The notes: a model not told the origin generated them from the sequence alone. A stretch of DNA of 64,000 bases from Variovorax sp. (GCF_035634955.1 NZ_DASQBZ010000022.1:100730-164729); one strand, 5' to 3'; shown: positions 43,414 to 53,178, counted from the first letter of the stretch. Made by a program: numbers and translations.

Positions 43414-44547
43414 ATGGCCAACCAGGTGTTCGCCAACGGCCGCGAACTCGCCTGCAAGGCCGGCGCGGGAAAGACCATCTGCGCCCTGCCCGACGTGTGC
43501 ATGACGCCGCCCGAGAACCCCGCCACCCCGCCCGGCGTGCCGGTGCCCTATCCCAACACCGGCCTGGCCTCGGACACTACCGACGGCAGCCGCTCGGTGC
43601 AGATCTCGGGCAAGGAGGTCATGCTCAAGAACAAGTCGTACTTCAAGACGTCGAGCGGGGACGAGGCCGGCTGCGCGGCCAAGAAGGGCGTCGTCTCGAG
43701 CAAGAACAAGGGCAAGGTCTATTTCATCGACTGGTCGATGGACGTGAAGCTCGAGGGCGAGAACGCGGTGCGCCATCTCGACAAGACCACCAACAACCAC
43801 GGCAGCCCCACGGCCAACGAGGCGGTGCCCTGGCCATTCGTCGACTCGATGGACGACGCCGAGATCAAGGCGTTGTGCGACAAGGACAAGGCGCAGGAGA
43901 AGGCCGCGTGCGCGGACTACAAGCCGCACAAGGCGGATGGCAAGGACGTGTGCGCCCAGACCGGCCTGGATGGCGACTTCGCCTCCATCAAGGGCGACCT
44001 GCCCGGCGCAGCCAAGAAGGCCAGCGAGAACCCTTGCCTGGCGGCGCGGCGCTGCCGGCTGGTGCCCTACAAGGCGTCGCCCGAGGTGGCCGACGGAATC
44101 GGCGGCTGCTGCCCCGCGCAGACGGGCGACCACATCGTGCCCAAGAGTTCGTTCTTCAAGGACAAGTTCGGCGGCACGCCCATCGGCGGCTGGACCTACA
44201 GCATGAACAAGGCCCCGTGCATGTGTACCGAGGGCGGCAGCTGCTCGGGCACGCACGGCCTGCGGCACACGCACCACAAGACCACGTCGGCGGTGGCCCA
44301 CGGCAAGCCGGTGCCGTTCGAGACCGAGGTCAAGCATTGCGCCAAGGGTGCCAAGGCGGTGGCGCCCCAATGCAACGAGGAGTGCCTGGCGGCGCAGCTG
44401 CGCGAGGGGCACAAGGACATGGGCGATCCGGCCACGGACATCAAGCACTCGTCCACCGGCAAGCCCGACATCACGCACTACGACTCGCTCAAGCAGACGA
44501 TCGACCAGACCGCCGGCAAGCTGGGCCACCCACTTCCATTTCCCTGA
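43414..44547 (+). CDS. T6SS effector: DUF4150 PAAR-like domain fused to a Tox-GHH2-like HNH/EndoVII nuclease
   Basis: N-terminal 'VFANG..PDVCMTPP..GVPVPYPNT..MDVKLEGENAVR..TTNN'. C-terminal 'CLAARRCRLVPY..GCCPAQTGDHIVP..APCMCTEG..HG..H'. Confidence 0.8.
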   Translation: MANQVFANGRELACKAGAGKTICALPDVCMTPPENPATPPGVPVPYPNTGLASDTTDGSRSVQISGKEVMLKNKSYFKTSSGDEAGCAAKKGVVSSKNKGKVYFIDWSMDVKLEGENAVRHLDKTTNNHGSPTANEAVPWPFVDSMDDAEIKALCDKDKAQEKAACADYKPHKADGKDVCAQTGLDGDFASIKGDLPGAAKKASENPCLAARRCRLVPYKASPEVADGIGGCCPAQTGDHIVPKSSFFKDKFGGTPIGGWTYSMNKAPCMCTEGGSCSGTHGLRHTHHKTTSAVAHGKPVPFETEVKHCAKGAKAVAPQCNEECLAAQLREGHKDMGDPATDIKHSSTGKPDITHYDSLKQTIDQTAGKLGHPLPFP

Positions 44548-44564
44548 GCAGGAGGATCCATGTC

Positions 44565-45449
44565 ATGAGCAAGCGTGTGGCGGACGAGCGCGAATTCGTG
44601 CGGGGCGCGGCGTACATGGGCGAGCTGGTCTACGTGATCACCAAGGTCAAGTCGCTGCGCGAGCAGGACATTGCCCACACCAGCCTGGTCGGCGTGTACA
44701 AGGGCGCGTGGGGCGACGCGTTCAACACCACCTGGGACTCCACCGCCCTGGCCTTCGCCAGGCGCGCGCCCGAAAAGGCGGTGCTGATCGGCGAGGACGG
44801 CGAAGTGGCCACCTACGGCAAGGGCCAGCGCACGGACGAGTCGATCCGGCCCGCGCCGGTGATGATCCGCAATGCCCGCACCATCGAGGGCGACGTCTAC
44901 GCCTGCGGCGCCAAGCGGCAGGTGTATCGCCGCACCGGCGAGCACCAGTGGTTGGACATCAGCGCGCCGCGCGCCGCGCAGACCGAGGCGCTGGGTTTCG
45001 AGGCGATCGACGGGTATGGCCACGACGACATCTACGCCGCCGGATGGGCCGGCGAGATATGGCACTACGACGGCCAGGCCTGGCGCTCGTGCGACAGCCC
45101 CACCAACGTGATCCTCACGGCCGTGTGCTGCGCCGGCGACGGCGTCGTGTACGCGGCCGGCCAGGGCGGCGTGATGGTGCGCGGCCGGGGCGACGCCTGG
45201 GAGACCATCGCCTGGGAGGACGAGGTGACGATCGACATGTGGGACCTGTGCTGGTTCCAGGACACGCTCTACGTCGCCGGCAGCACCGCGCTGTTCACGC
45301 TCGCGCAGGACCGCCTGGTGCCGGTGGACATGGGCGGCATCGGGCCGGTGAGCTGCTTCAGCCTGTCGACCGCGCAGGGCGTGCTGTGGTCGGTGGGCAA
45401 GGCCAACGTGGTGGCCTTCGACGGCGCGACCTGGCAGCGCTTCGACTGA
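44565..45449 (+). CDS. Beta-propeller-like protein, putative cognate immunity protein
   Basis: GGAGG RBS. Directly follows the effector. Repeated blades ('DIYAAGWAGEIWHYDGQAW', 'VVYAAGQGGVMVRGRGDAW'). No signal peptide. Confidence 0.6.
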   Translation: MSKRVADEREFVRGAAYMGELVYVITKVKSLREQDIAHTSLVGVYKGAWGDAFNTTWDSTALAFARRAPEKAVLIGEDGEVATYGKGQRTDESIRPAPVMIRNARTIEGDVYACGAKRQVYRRTGEHQWLDISAPRAAQTEALGFEAIDGYGHDDIYAAGWAGEIWHYDGQAWRSCDSPTNVILTAVCCAGDGVVYAAGQGGVMVRGRGDAWETIAWEDEVTIDMWDLCWFQDTLYVAGSTALFTLAQDRLVPVDMGGIGPVSCFSLSTAQGVLWSVGKANVVAFDGATWQRFD

Positions 45450-45460
45450 GACGGCGCGCA

Positions 45461-46765
45461 ATGAACACGCCGGACCCGATCACCGCCGACCCGCCGCATG
45501 CCTTGCCGCTGGTGGTGGGGCGCCACGTGGAGGAAGCGGCGTTGCTGTGCGTGCAGCGGCTGTTCCTGGTGCGCGCCGCACACGTGCGGCTGCACCAGCT
45601 GCGGCGCCTGGACGACCGGCTGGCAGCGCACCTCGACGGCCTGTCGGTGGCCGGGCCGGCCGGTGCCGCGCTGGCGCAGCGCGCACTCGCGGACGCCGGG
45701 CGCGGCGAGATGTTCGCGGCGGTCGCGCTGTCGCTCGAGCGCCGCGACGGCCGGGCGCTGGACGGCCTGCTGGCCGTCGCCGAGGCGCTGCCGCAGACGC
45801 AGGAGGCGGTGGTGTGGGCGCTGGGCTGGGCGTCTGCCGCCTCGCTGCGCGGCGTCACGCGCGACCTGCTCGCATCCGCGTCGGCGTTCCATCGCCGCCT
45901 CGGCCTGGCGGCTTGCGCCATGCACCGGGTGGACCCGGGCGCCTTCCTGCCGCCGGCGCTGGAGGACGACGACGAGGCGCTGTGCATGCAGGCGCTGCGC
46001 AGCGCCGGCGAGGGCGGGCGCACCGACCTGCTGCCGGCCTGCCTGGCGCGGATGCGCCAGGGCGGTGTGCCCACGCGGTATGCGGCAGCCCGCGCCGCGC
46101 TGCTGCTCGGCGAGCACGGGCCGGCCGCGCAGGTGCTCGGCGAGCTGGTCGCCGGGCCGGCGCTGCTCGGCCAGCCGGAGCGCTCGGCCGCCCTGCAACT
46201 GGCCTTGCGCGTCCTGCCGGCGCGACAGGCCGCGCCGGTGCTGCAGGCCGTGCGCGACAGCCCGGGCGGGCTGGCCGAGGCGGTGCGCGCCGTGGGACAC
46301 CTGGGCGATCCGCACTTCGCGCCCTGGCTGATCGAGCGGATGGACGACCCCGCGCTGGCCCGTGCGGCGGGCGAGGGCTTCTCGCTGCTCACCGGCGCGG
46401 ATCTGGCGGCGCTGGACCTGGAAGGCCCGCAGCCGCAGGGCTTCGAGGGCGGGCCGGACGACGACCCCGAAGACGACGCGATCGATTCCGATGCAGACGA
46501 CGGCCTGCCCTGGCCCGCGCCCGCTCGCGTGCATGCCTGGTGGCAGGCGCATGCGGCGGGCTTCGTGCCGGGCGGGCGCTATTTCATGGGCGCGCAGCCG
46601 TCGGCCGGGCATGCCGCGCGGGTGCTGCGCGAGGCCGCCCAGCGCCAGCGCATCGCCGCTGCCGAATGGCTGTGCCTGCTGCGGCCCGGCACGCCCTTGT
46701 TCAACACGGCAGCTCCCGCGTGGCGCCAGCAGCGCTGGCTGGACGCGATGGACGGCCCCGCCTGA
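45461..46765 (+). CDS. TIGR02270 family protein
   Basis: 'HVEEAALLC..QLRRLDDRLAAHLDGL', 'DDGLPWPAP..VHAWW', 'QRQRIAAA'. Found with DUF2169/DUF4150 loci. Confidence 0.8.
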   Translation: MNTPDPITADPPHALPLVVGRHVEEAALLCVQRLFLVRAAHVRLHQLRRLDDRLAAHLDGLSVAGPAGAALAQRALADAGRGEMFAAVALSLERRDGRALDGLLAVAEALPQTQEAVVWALGWASAASLRGVTRDLLASASAFHRRLGLAACAMHRVDPGAFLPPALEDDDEALCMQALRSAGEGGRTDLLPACLARMRQGGVPTRYAAARAALLLGEHGPAAQVLGELVAGPALLGQPERSAALQLALRVLPARQAAPVLQAVRDSPGGLAEAVRAVGHLGDPHFAPWLIERMDDPALARAAGEGFSLLTGADLAALDLEGPQPQGFEGGPDDDPEDDAIDSDADDGLPWPAPARVHAWWQAHAAGFVPGGRYFMGAQPSAGHAARVLREAAQRQRIAAAEWLCLLRPGTPLFNTAAPAWRQQRWLDAMDGPA

Positions 46766-46774
46766 GCGCGACGC

Positions 46775-46954
46775 ATGCAGGCCCGCCACATCCTGACCAT
46801 CGTCGCTGCCGCATTCCTTGCCGCGGCGCTGGTGCGGCTGGTGCGCGACGGCGGGCGCCTCGGCCCGGCCAGCCGAACCTGGCTGCTGGTGGCGCTGGTC
46901 TTCGGCGGCATCTCGGCATGGCTGTGGCGGACCCACGGAGGAACCTTGCAATGA
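46775..46954 (+). CDS. Small 59-aa two-TM membrane protein (absent from the ORF track)
   Basis: MQARHILTIVAAAFLAAALVRLVRDGGRLGPASRTWLLVALVFGGISAWLWRTHGGTLQ. Fills the gap exactly. Stop overlaps the tagH start (ATGA). Confidence 0.7.
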   Translation: MQARHILTIVAAAFLAAALVRLVRDGGRLGPASRTWLLVALVFGGISAWLWRTHGGTLQ

Positions 46955-48549
46955 TCCGCATCTCAGTGCGATCCCACCAGGGCGCGCCGGTGGCGCGGCC
47001 CCCCGCCGCGCAGTTCGGGCCGCAGGGCGGCACCATCGGCCGGGCTGCGCACAACACGCTGGTGCTCGACGATCCGGACCGCACCGTCTCGCGCGTGCAT
47101 GCGCAGGTGCAGTACCGCGATGGCCGGCACTTCATCGTCGATCGCGGCAGCAATGCGCTGTCGTGCGACGGCCGGCCGCTGGGTGCCGGCAACGAGGCCG
47201 AGCTGCAGCCGGGCATGCAGCTGCTGATCGGCGGCTTCGAGCTTGGCGTGGAGTCGCTGGCCACGGTCACCGGCGTGGACGACCCGGCCGCAGCCCCGGC
47301 CCGGCCGCGCGACGACGATCCCTTCGCCGACCTGCTGGCGGGGCTGGATGGCGGCAGCGCGGCGCCGACGCCCACGCCCACGCCGGCGACAGCGAAGCCG
47401 GCCGACGATGGCCTGTTCCCCGACCCGATGGCCACGCCATCCGGAGGCGGCCGTGCCCAGCGCGCCGCGGCAGCCCCGTCCAGTGCCGATGATCCGTTCG
47501 CCGACCTGCTGGGCAGCGACACCGCGGCGCCGCAGCCGGGCGCCATCGAAGACTTCTCCGACCTCGGCCTGCGGGCGCCGGACGCGGCCGCCGGCATCGA
47601 CCACCTGTTCGGCGGCGCGCCCAGGCCGGGGGAAGACCCGCTCGCGCTCTCGCCGCTGGCCGATCCGCTGCGGCGGCCCAACACCGCCGGCAACAAGGAT
47701 CCGCTGGCGGCCTTGGCCGGCGGCCCGGCCCGCGCCGCGCCGGCGCCGAAGGCGGACCACCTGCCGGTCGAGCGCTTCGGGTTCGACGTGCCCAGGGCGG
47801 TCGTGCCCGCGGCGCCGTCGGCCGATGCGCCGTTCGCCGATCTGCTGCCGGCGGCGCCGGTGTCCGCGCCAGCCGTCGCTCCTGTCGCCGCGCCGGCGGC
47901 GCCGGTCGCGGCACGCGAGGCGGTGCCTGCGCCGGCCGCCGGCGGCGCGGTGGACGACGCCGCGCTGCTCGCCGCCCTCGTGCGCGGGCTGGCCAGCACG
48001 CACCAGATGCCGCAACGGCTCACGCCCGAACTGATGGAGCGCATCGGCGTGCTGCTGCGCACCGCCACCGAGGGCACGCTGCAGATGCTGCTGGCCCGCC
48101 AGGAAGTGAAGAAGGGCGTGCATGCCGAAGTGACCATGATCGCCGCGCAGGCCAACAACCCGCTCAAGTTCTCGCCGACCGCCGAGGTGGCGCTGGGCCA
48201 TCTGCTGGGGCCCGGCATGCGCGGCTTCATGGGCGCGGAAGAGGCCATGCGCGATGCCTATGACGATCTGCGCGCGCACGAGTTCGGCGTGATGGTGGGC
48301 ATGCGCGCCGCCCTCGCGCACGTGCTGGCGCGCTTCACCCCGGAGGAGCTGGAGAAGAAGATCGCCGCCAGGAGCGCGCTGGATTCGCTTTTCACCGCCA
48401 ATCGCAAGGCCAGGCTGTGGGACCAGTTCGTCGCGCTCTACGGCGCCATCGCGTCGGAGGCGGAGGACGACTTCCACAGCCTGTTCGGCAAGGCCTTCGT
48501 ACAGGCCTACGAGGAACAGATGAAGCGACTGAAGTCGGGCGGCGGCTGA
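46951..48549 (+). CDS. tagH: T6SS FHA-domain protein TagH/Fha
   Basis: FHA 'IGRAAHNTLVLDDPDRTVSRVHA', Pro/Asp-rich middle, C-terminal 'NNPLKFSP..YDDLRAHE..FGKAFVQAYEEQ'. Confidence 0.92.
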   Translation: MIRISVRSHQGAPVARPPAAQFGPQGGTIGRAAHNTLVLDDPDRTVSRVHAQVQYRDGRHFIVDRGSNALSCDGRPLGAGNEAELQPGMQLLIGGFELGVESLATVTGVDDPAAAPARPRDDDPFADLLAGLDGGSAAPTPTPTPATAKPADDGLFPDPMATPSGGGRAQRAAAAPSSADDPFADLLGSDTAAPQPGAIEDFSDLGLRAPDAAAGIDHLFGGAPRPGEDPLALSPLADPLRRPNTAGNKDPLAALAGGPARAAPAPKADHLPVERFGFDVPRAVVPAAPSADAPFADLLPAAPVSAPAVAPVAAPAAPVAAREAVPAPAAGGAVDDAALLAALVRGLASTHQMPQRLTPELMERIGVLLRTATEGTLQMLLARQEVKKGVHAEVTMIAAQANNPLKFSPTAEVALGHLLGPGMRGFMGAEEAMRDAYDDLRAHEFGVMVGMRAALAHVLARFTPEELEKKIAARSALDSLFTANRKARLWDQFVALYGAIASEAEDDFHSLFGKAFVQAYEEQMKRLKSGGG

Positions 48550-48579
48550 TCCGCCCGCGCAAGGCCAGAGGAGAGCGCA

Positions 48580-49350
48580 GTGGACTTCGACATCGAGATC
48601 GTGACGCTCTCCAGGACGGGGGGACGCAGCTACAACGAGGACGCGTTCGGCCACTGGAACGACGGGCAGCACGTGGTCTGCGTGGTGGCCGATGGCGCCG
48701 GCGGCCATGGCGGCGGCGACGTGGCCTCGCAGGTGGTGCGGGCCAGCGTGCTGGGCGGGTTCGCCGAGCGACCCGGGGTGGATGCGCAGCTGCTGCGCGA
48801 GTTGGTCGAACGGGCCAACCTCGACGTCGTGGCGCGCCAGTCGGAGGGCGGCAGGCTGGCCGGCATGCGCTCGACCGTGGTGCTGGCGGCGATCGACCTG
48901 CCCACGCAGCGTGTCGCCTTTGCCCACTGCGGCGACAGCCGGGCGTACCTGTTCCGCGGCGGCCGGCTGCTGCTGCGGACCGTGGACCACAGCCTGGTGC
49001 AGCAGATGGTGACTGGCGGCATGCTCGACGAGGAGGGCGCCCGCAGCCATCCGCAGCGCAACATGCTGCTGTCGGCGCTCGGGTCGGTCGAGGTGGCGCC
49101 GGACATCACCGTGTCGCCGCCGCTTCCCTTGCAGGTGGGCGACGTGCTGCTGCTGTGCACCGACGGACTGTGGGAGCCGCTGGACGACGACTGCCTGACG
49201 GAGCTGCTGGCCGCCTCGCGCGACGCTGGCGGCTGGGTGGCGCAGCTCGATGCGCAGGTGCGCGCGCGGGCGAAGCCGGGCCACGACAACTACACGGCGC
49301 TGGTGCTGTGGGCGCGCGAGGACGACGAGACCACGCGCCTGCTGCCCTAG
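48580..49350 (+). CDS. pppA: PP2C-family Ser/Thr phosphatase (PppA-like)
   Basis: GTG start. 'NEDA', 'VADGAGGHGGGDVAS', 'HCGDSRAY', 'LLCTDGLW', 'HDNYT'. Confidence 0.88.
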   Translation: MDFDIEIVTLSRTGGRSYNEDAFGHWNDGQHVVCVVADGAGGHGGGDVASQVVRASVLGGFAERPGVDAQLLRELVERANLDVVARQSEGGRLAGMRSTVVLAAIDLPTQRVAFAHCGDSRAYLFRGGRLLLRTVDHSLVQQMVTGGMLDEEGARSHPQRNMLLSALGSVEVAPDITVSPPLPLQVGDVLLLCTDGLWEPLDDDCLTELLAASRDAGGWVAQLDAQVRARAKPGHDNYTALVLWAREDDETTRLLP

Positions 49351-50573
49351 CCTGGCGCTTCGGACCGGCGCGGATGCACGCGCCGGTTCAGCAGCACCGA
49401 GGCCGCCAGGCCCGCCGCACCGATGACCAGCGCCGCCAGCGCGGCCGCGTCATGCCCGGCGCGCGCGATGATGAAGGCGAAGATCATCGGCGAGGCGGCC
49501 GCCAGCCACAGGGCGGGCCTGAGCACCTTGCCGACCGTGCGGCCATAGGTGCCGGCGTCGAAGATCACAAGCGGGATGGCGCCGCGCGTGATGGTGGCCA
49601 GGCCGTTGCCGGCGCCGTAGAGAAAAGCGAAGGCGCCCGCGCCCCACAGCGTGCGACCCGCCACGAGGTAGAGCAGGAAGGACAGGCACAGCCAGGCGCA
49701 AGGCAGCAGGTTCAGGCGCACGGCATCGACGCGGCGCGCCCAGGTCGCCACGCTGAAGCGGCCGGCGAACTGGCCGAAGCCCAGCAGGGTGGACAGCAGC
49801 ACCGCCGTCGCCGCATCCCAGCCGCGGCCGCGCAGCAGCTCCAGGAACTGGGCCGCCATGGCCGTCTGAAGGAACAGCACGCTGATGGCGATGACCGCGA
49901 ACAGCCGATACGCACCGCGCACCGGCACCACGGTGGCCGGCCCGGCCGCCGTGCCGGACGCGTGTGCCGCCGCGCGCCGGCCGGCGCTGGCGGGCAGCGC
50001 CAGATGCAGCAGCGACGCGGCCGCAAGCAGCCCGGCGTAGACCACCAGCGCCGTGCGCCAGCCCAAGCCGTCGATGAGGGCCTGGCCCAGCGGCCAGAAG
50101 ACGGTGGAGGCAAAGCCGCCGAACAGCGTGATGAAAGCGATGTGGCGCCGGGCACCGGCACCGGCCACGTGCGCCATCGAGGCGAAGGCGGCGTCGTAGA
50201 GCGACAGGCGCATCGCCAGCCCGATGAAGACCCAGGCGACGACGAACTGCGCCTTGGCGTGCGTCGTCGCCAGCAACAGGCAGCCGGCGGCGCCGAGCCA
50301 GCAGCCGGCCATCATGGCGGCGCGGCCGCCGTGCCGGTCGATCCAGGCGCCGACGCGGTACGAGGCCAGGCCCATGGTCACCAGTGCCAGCGAGAAGCCG
50401 CCCTGCACGAAGGTCGGGCTCCATTGCATGGTGGCGCCGATCGGGGCGGCGAACAGCCCGATCAGGTAGTGCAGCGTGCCCCAGCCGACGACCTGCGACA
50501 GGCCCAGGCAGACGAGCAGGGGAAAGCCGAGGGAACGGCCGGCGGCGGGCAGGGTCGATGCGGGCGTGGTCAG
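49347..50573 (-). CDS. MFS transporter (start probably non-canonical)
   Basis: About 12 TM segments. TM1 'LGLSQVVGWGTLHY' lies upstream of the first in-frame ATG (50429). The CTG at 50573 follows a GGA. Confidence 0.8.
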   Translation of the reverse strand: MTTPASTLPAAGRSLGFPLLVCLGLSQVVGWGTLHYLIGLFAAPIGATMQWSPTFVQGGFSLALVTMGLASYRVGAWIDRHGGRAAMMAGCWLGAAGCLLLATTHAKAQFVVAWVFIGLAMRLSLYDAAFASMAHVAGAGARRHIAFITLFGGFASTVFWPLGQALIDGLGWRTALVVYAGLLAAASLLHLALPASAGRRAAAHASGTAAGPATVVPVRGAYRLFAVIAISVLFLQTAMAAQFLELLRGRGWDAATAVLLSTLLGFGQFAGRFSVATWARRVDAVRLNLLPCAWLCLSFLLYLVAGRTLWGAGAFAFLYGAGNGLATITRGAIPLVIFDAGTYGRTVGKVLRPALWLAAASPMIFAFIIARAGHDAAALAALVIGAAGLAASVLLNRRVHPRRSEAPG

Positions 50574-50609
50574 GGCGTGGTCCGTGATCGGGGCGGGTGG
50601 ATGCCGACT

Positions 50610-51554
50610 CTAGCCGGTGGCCGCTGCCGGCTGCTCCCGCACGGCCGCCGGCGCGCGCCATTGCCGCACCTGCGCGGCCTCGGCGCGGATCCAGTCCGCC
50701 ACCTGGCGCACCTGCTCGCGCGGCTGCTCGTCGGCCAGCAGCAGCCAGATCGCGTACGGGCTCTTCATCGGCTTGCAGGCCATCTCGACGATCGACAACT
50801 GGCCGCTGTCGATCAGCGGCTGCAGCAGTTCGATGCGCCCGATCGCCAGGCCCTGGCCGGCGAGGGCCGCCTGGACCACCTGGTCGTACTGGTTGAAGCG
50901 CATCATCTGTCGCCGCGGGGGCGGGCTGGACGCATCGGCCAGCCAGGTGCGCCAGTGCAGCCAGGTGCGCGTGTCGTCGTATTCGAGCAGCGGGCAAGGC
51001 TCGCCGCGTGCCAGCGCCTGCGCCACGCGCGGATGCGCCACCGGCGCCAGCGTCTCGTCGAACAGGCGCAGCGCCGCCGACGGGACGGCACCTTCGCGCG
51101 CATAGCGCAGGGCGATGTCGATGCCGTCGGCGCGCAGGTCGCTCACGCGATTGTTGGTGGACAGGCGAACGTCCAGGCCCGGGTGCCGGCCCTGCAGGCG
51201 CGACAGGCGCGGCAGCAGCCACACGGCCATGACGCCGACGCTGGCCGTGAGCGTGACCGCGTGTGCCGCACTGCCGCCGCCGGCGAGTTCGGCGGCGGCT
51301 TCCTGCAACTGCTGCACGGCCGGGTCGGCGCTGCGGAACAGGCGCTCGCCCGCCGGCGTGAACGCCACGCCGCGCTGCAGGCGGACGAACAGGCGCGTGC
51401 CGACCTGGGCTTCCAGCGCATGAACCTGCCGGCTCACGGCGGACTGGGTCAGGCACAGGTCGTCGGCGGCCTGCGTGATGCTCAGCCGCCGCCCGGTGGC
51501 GACGAAGGCCTTGAGCAGGTCGAGCGAGAAGAGACGGGCCAGGGGTACGGACAT
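50610..51554 (-). CDS. LysR-family regulator (GcvA-like)
   Basis: HTH 'LLKAFVATGRRLSITQAADDLCLTQSAVSRQVHALE..LFVR', 'WLLPRL', 'AALAGQGLAI'. Confidence 0.93.
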   Translation of the reverse strand: MSVPLARLFSLDLLKAFVATGRRLSITQAADDLCLTQSAVSRQVHALEAQVGTRLFVRLQRGVAFTPAGERLFRSADPAVQQLQEAAAELAGGGSAAHAVTLTASVGVMAVWLLPRLSRLQGRHPGLDVRLSTNNRVSDLRADGIDIALRYAREGAVPSAALRLFDETLAPVAHPRVAQALARGEPCPLLEYDDTRTWLHWRTWLADASSPPPRRQMMRFNQYDQVVQAALAGQGLAIGRIELLQPLIDSGQLSIVEMACKPMKSPYAIWLLLADEQPREQVRQVADWIRAEAAQVRQWRAPAAVREQPAAATG

Positions 51555-51612
51555 GCAGCGGCGACGCGAACGGATCGTCATTGCATCACATGCCGGCGCA
51601 TGGCGCAGCGCG

Positions 51613-51936
51613 TCAGCCGCAGCCAGCCAGCGCGGCGGCGCCGGGCGGCAGGCGCAGCACCAGCCAGGCGTCGGCGCGCGGCACCCGGACGGCGGCGGGC
51701 GACGGCGCTTCGAGGAGCAGCACCTGGCCGCGCGCCCAGGCGTCGATCAGGCGGACGTCGGTGGCATGGAGCACGCGCGCCATGGCCGGCCCGGGCGCGC
51801 CGCGCGTGAACACCCACATGTGCACCGCCGCCGACGAGCGCGCGGCCAGGGCCTGCTGCGCGGCCAGGCCGGCCAGCGCCAGCGCGCCGAGGATGAGGCA
51901 TGCCGCCAGATGCTGGCGCAGGGCATGGCGCTCCAT
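51613..51936 (-). CDS. Small hypothetical protein with N-terminal hydrophobic segment
   Basis: Fills the gap between the MFS and LysR genes on the same strand. Signal/TM-like 'LAACLILGALALAGLAA'. Confidence 0.5.
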   Translation of the reverse strand: MERHALRQHLAACLILGALALAGLAAQQALAARSSAAVHMWVFTRGAPGPAMARVLHATDVRLIDAWARGQVLLLEAPSPAAVRVPRADAWLVLRLPPGAAALAGCG

Positions 51937-51945
51937 CGCGTGCCT

Positions 51946-53178
51946 TCAGCCCTGGAGCGCCATGAAGCGCTGCGACGGCCGCTCGCGGATCGGCAGGTTG
52001 ACGGCCGCGGCGGCCATCGAGAGGACGATGCACAGCCACCAAACGGTGTCGTAGCTGCCGGTGCGTGCGTAGAGATGCCCGCCCAGGTAGACGCCGAGGA
52101 ACGAGCCGACCTGGTGGCTCAGGAAGACGAACCCGAACAGCATGGCCATGTAGCGCGTGCCGAAGAACGACGCCACCAGGCCGGACGTGGGCGGCACGGT
52201 GGACAGCCACATCAGCCCCATTGCCGCGCTGAACACCAGCACCGTGGCAGGGCTGAGCGGCGCCAGGATGAACAGCCCGATCGCGACGGCGCGGCCGACG
52301 TAGAGGCCGGCCAGGAGCCTGCCCTTGCCAAGGCGCGCGCTCCAGGCGCCGGCCAGGTAGGCGCCGGCGACGTTGAACAAGCCGATCAGCGCGATCGCCC
52401 ACGACGCCAGCGCCGGATGGATGCCGCGGTCGGCCAGGTACGCCGGGAAGTGCGTGGCAATGAAGGCCAGCTGGAAGCCGCAGACGAAGAAGCCGAGCAC
52501 CAGCAGTGCGTAGTCCCGGTCACGCAATGCGGTGCGCAGCAGGCGCAACGGCGAGGGGCCGGCGCCGCCGACGGCCAAGCCGCCGGCCGGCCTGTCGCGC
52601 ACCAGCAGCGCCGCGGGAATGGCGAGCGCCATGGCCGCCGCCATGAGCCACGCGCCCGCTCGCCATCCGTCCACCCCGATCGCCGCCTGCGTCAGCGGGA
52701 CCACGACGAACTGCCCCAGCGAACTGGCGGCCGTGCCCAGTCCCAGTGCCCAGCCGCGGTGCGTCTGCGGCATGACGCGGCCGAGCGCGGCGAGTGCGGT
52801 CGTGAACGAAGCGCCGCCCATGCCGAGGCCGACCAGCACGCCGCCGCACAGCACGATCTGCAACGCCGAGGTGGAAATGGCCAGTCCCGCGACGCCCAGG
52901 GCGTAGAGCACGGCGCCGGCCAGCATGACCCAGCGGGCCCCGAAGCGATCGGCCAGGTAGCCGGCCACCGGCTGCGTCAGGCCCCAGGCCAGGTTCTGGA
53001 TGGCGATGGCAACGGCGTACGCCTCGCGCGAGACACCCAGCTCGCGCGTGAGCGGATCGGTGAACAGGCCGAAGGCGGCGCGCACGCCGAATGAAAGGCA
53101 GGCCACGGCGCAGGCCGCGACCAGCGTGACCCAGAGGGCGGCGCCCAGCGGGGCGGTGGAACGGGAGGTTGGAGTCAT
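51946..53178 (-). CDS. MFS transporter
   Basis: 'FGVRAAFGLF', 'WGLTQPVAGYLADRFG', 'GFFVCGFQLAFIATHFPAYL', 'SHQVGSFLG'. Confidence 0.92.
   Translation of the reverse strand: MTPTSRSTAPLGAALWVTLVAACAVACLSFGVRAAFGLFTDPLTRELGVSREAYAVAIAIQNLAWGLTQPVAGYLADRFGARWVMLAGAVLYALGVAGLAISTSALQIVLCGGVLVGLGMGGASFTTALAALGRVMPQTHRGWALGLGTAASSLGQFVVVPLTQAAIGVDGWRAGAWLMAAAMALAIPAALLVRDRPAGGLAVGGAGPSPLRLLRTALRDRDYALLVLGFFVCGFQLAFIATHFPAYLADRGIHPALASWAIALIGLFNVAGAYLAGAWSARLGKGRLLAGLYVGRAVAIGLFILAPLSPATVLVFSAAMGLMWLSTVPPTSGLVASFFGTRYMAMLFGFVFLSHQVGSFLGVYLGGHLYARTGSYDTVWWLCIVLSMAAAAVNLPIRERPSQRFMALQG

Noticed and set aside
44560-44568. ATG-TCA-TGA mini-ORF behind the GGAGG before the immunity gene
   Set aside because: Two codons only. 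The in-frame ATG at 44565 is at a normal distance from the same RBS.
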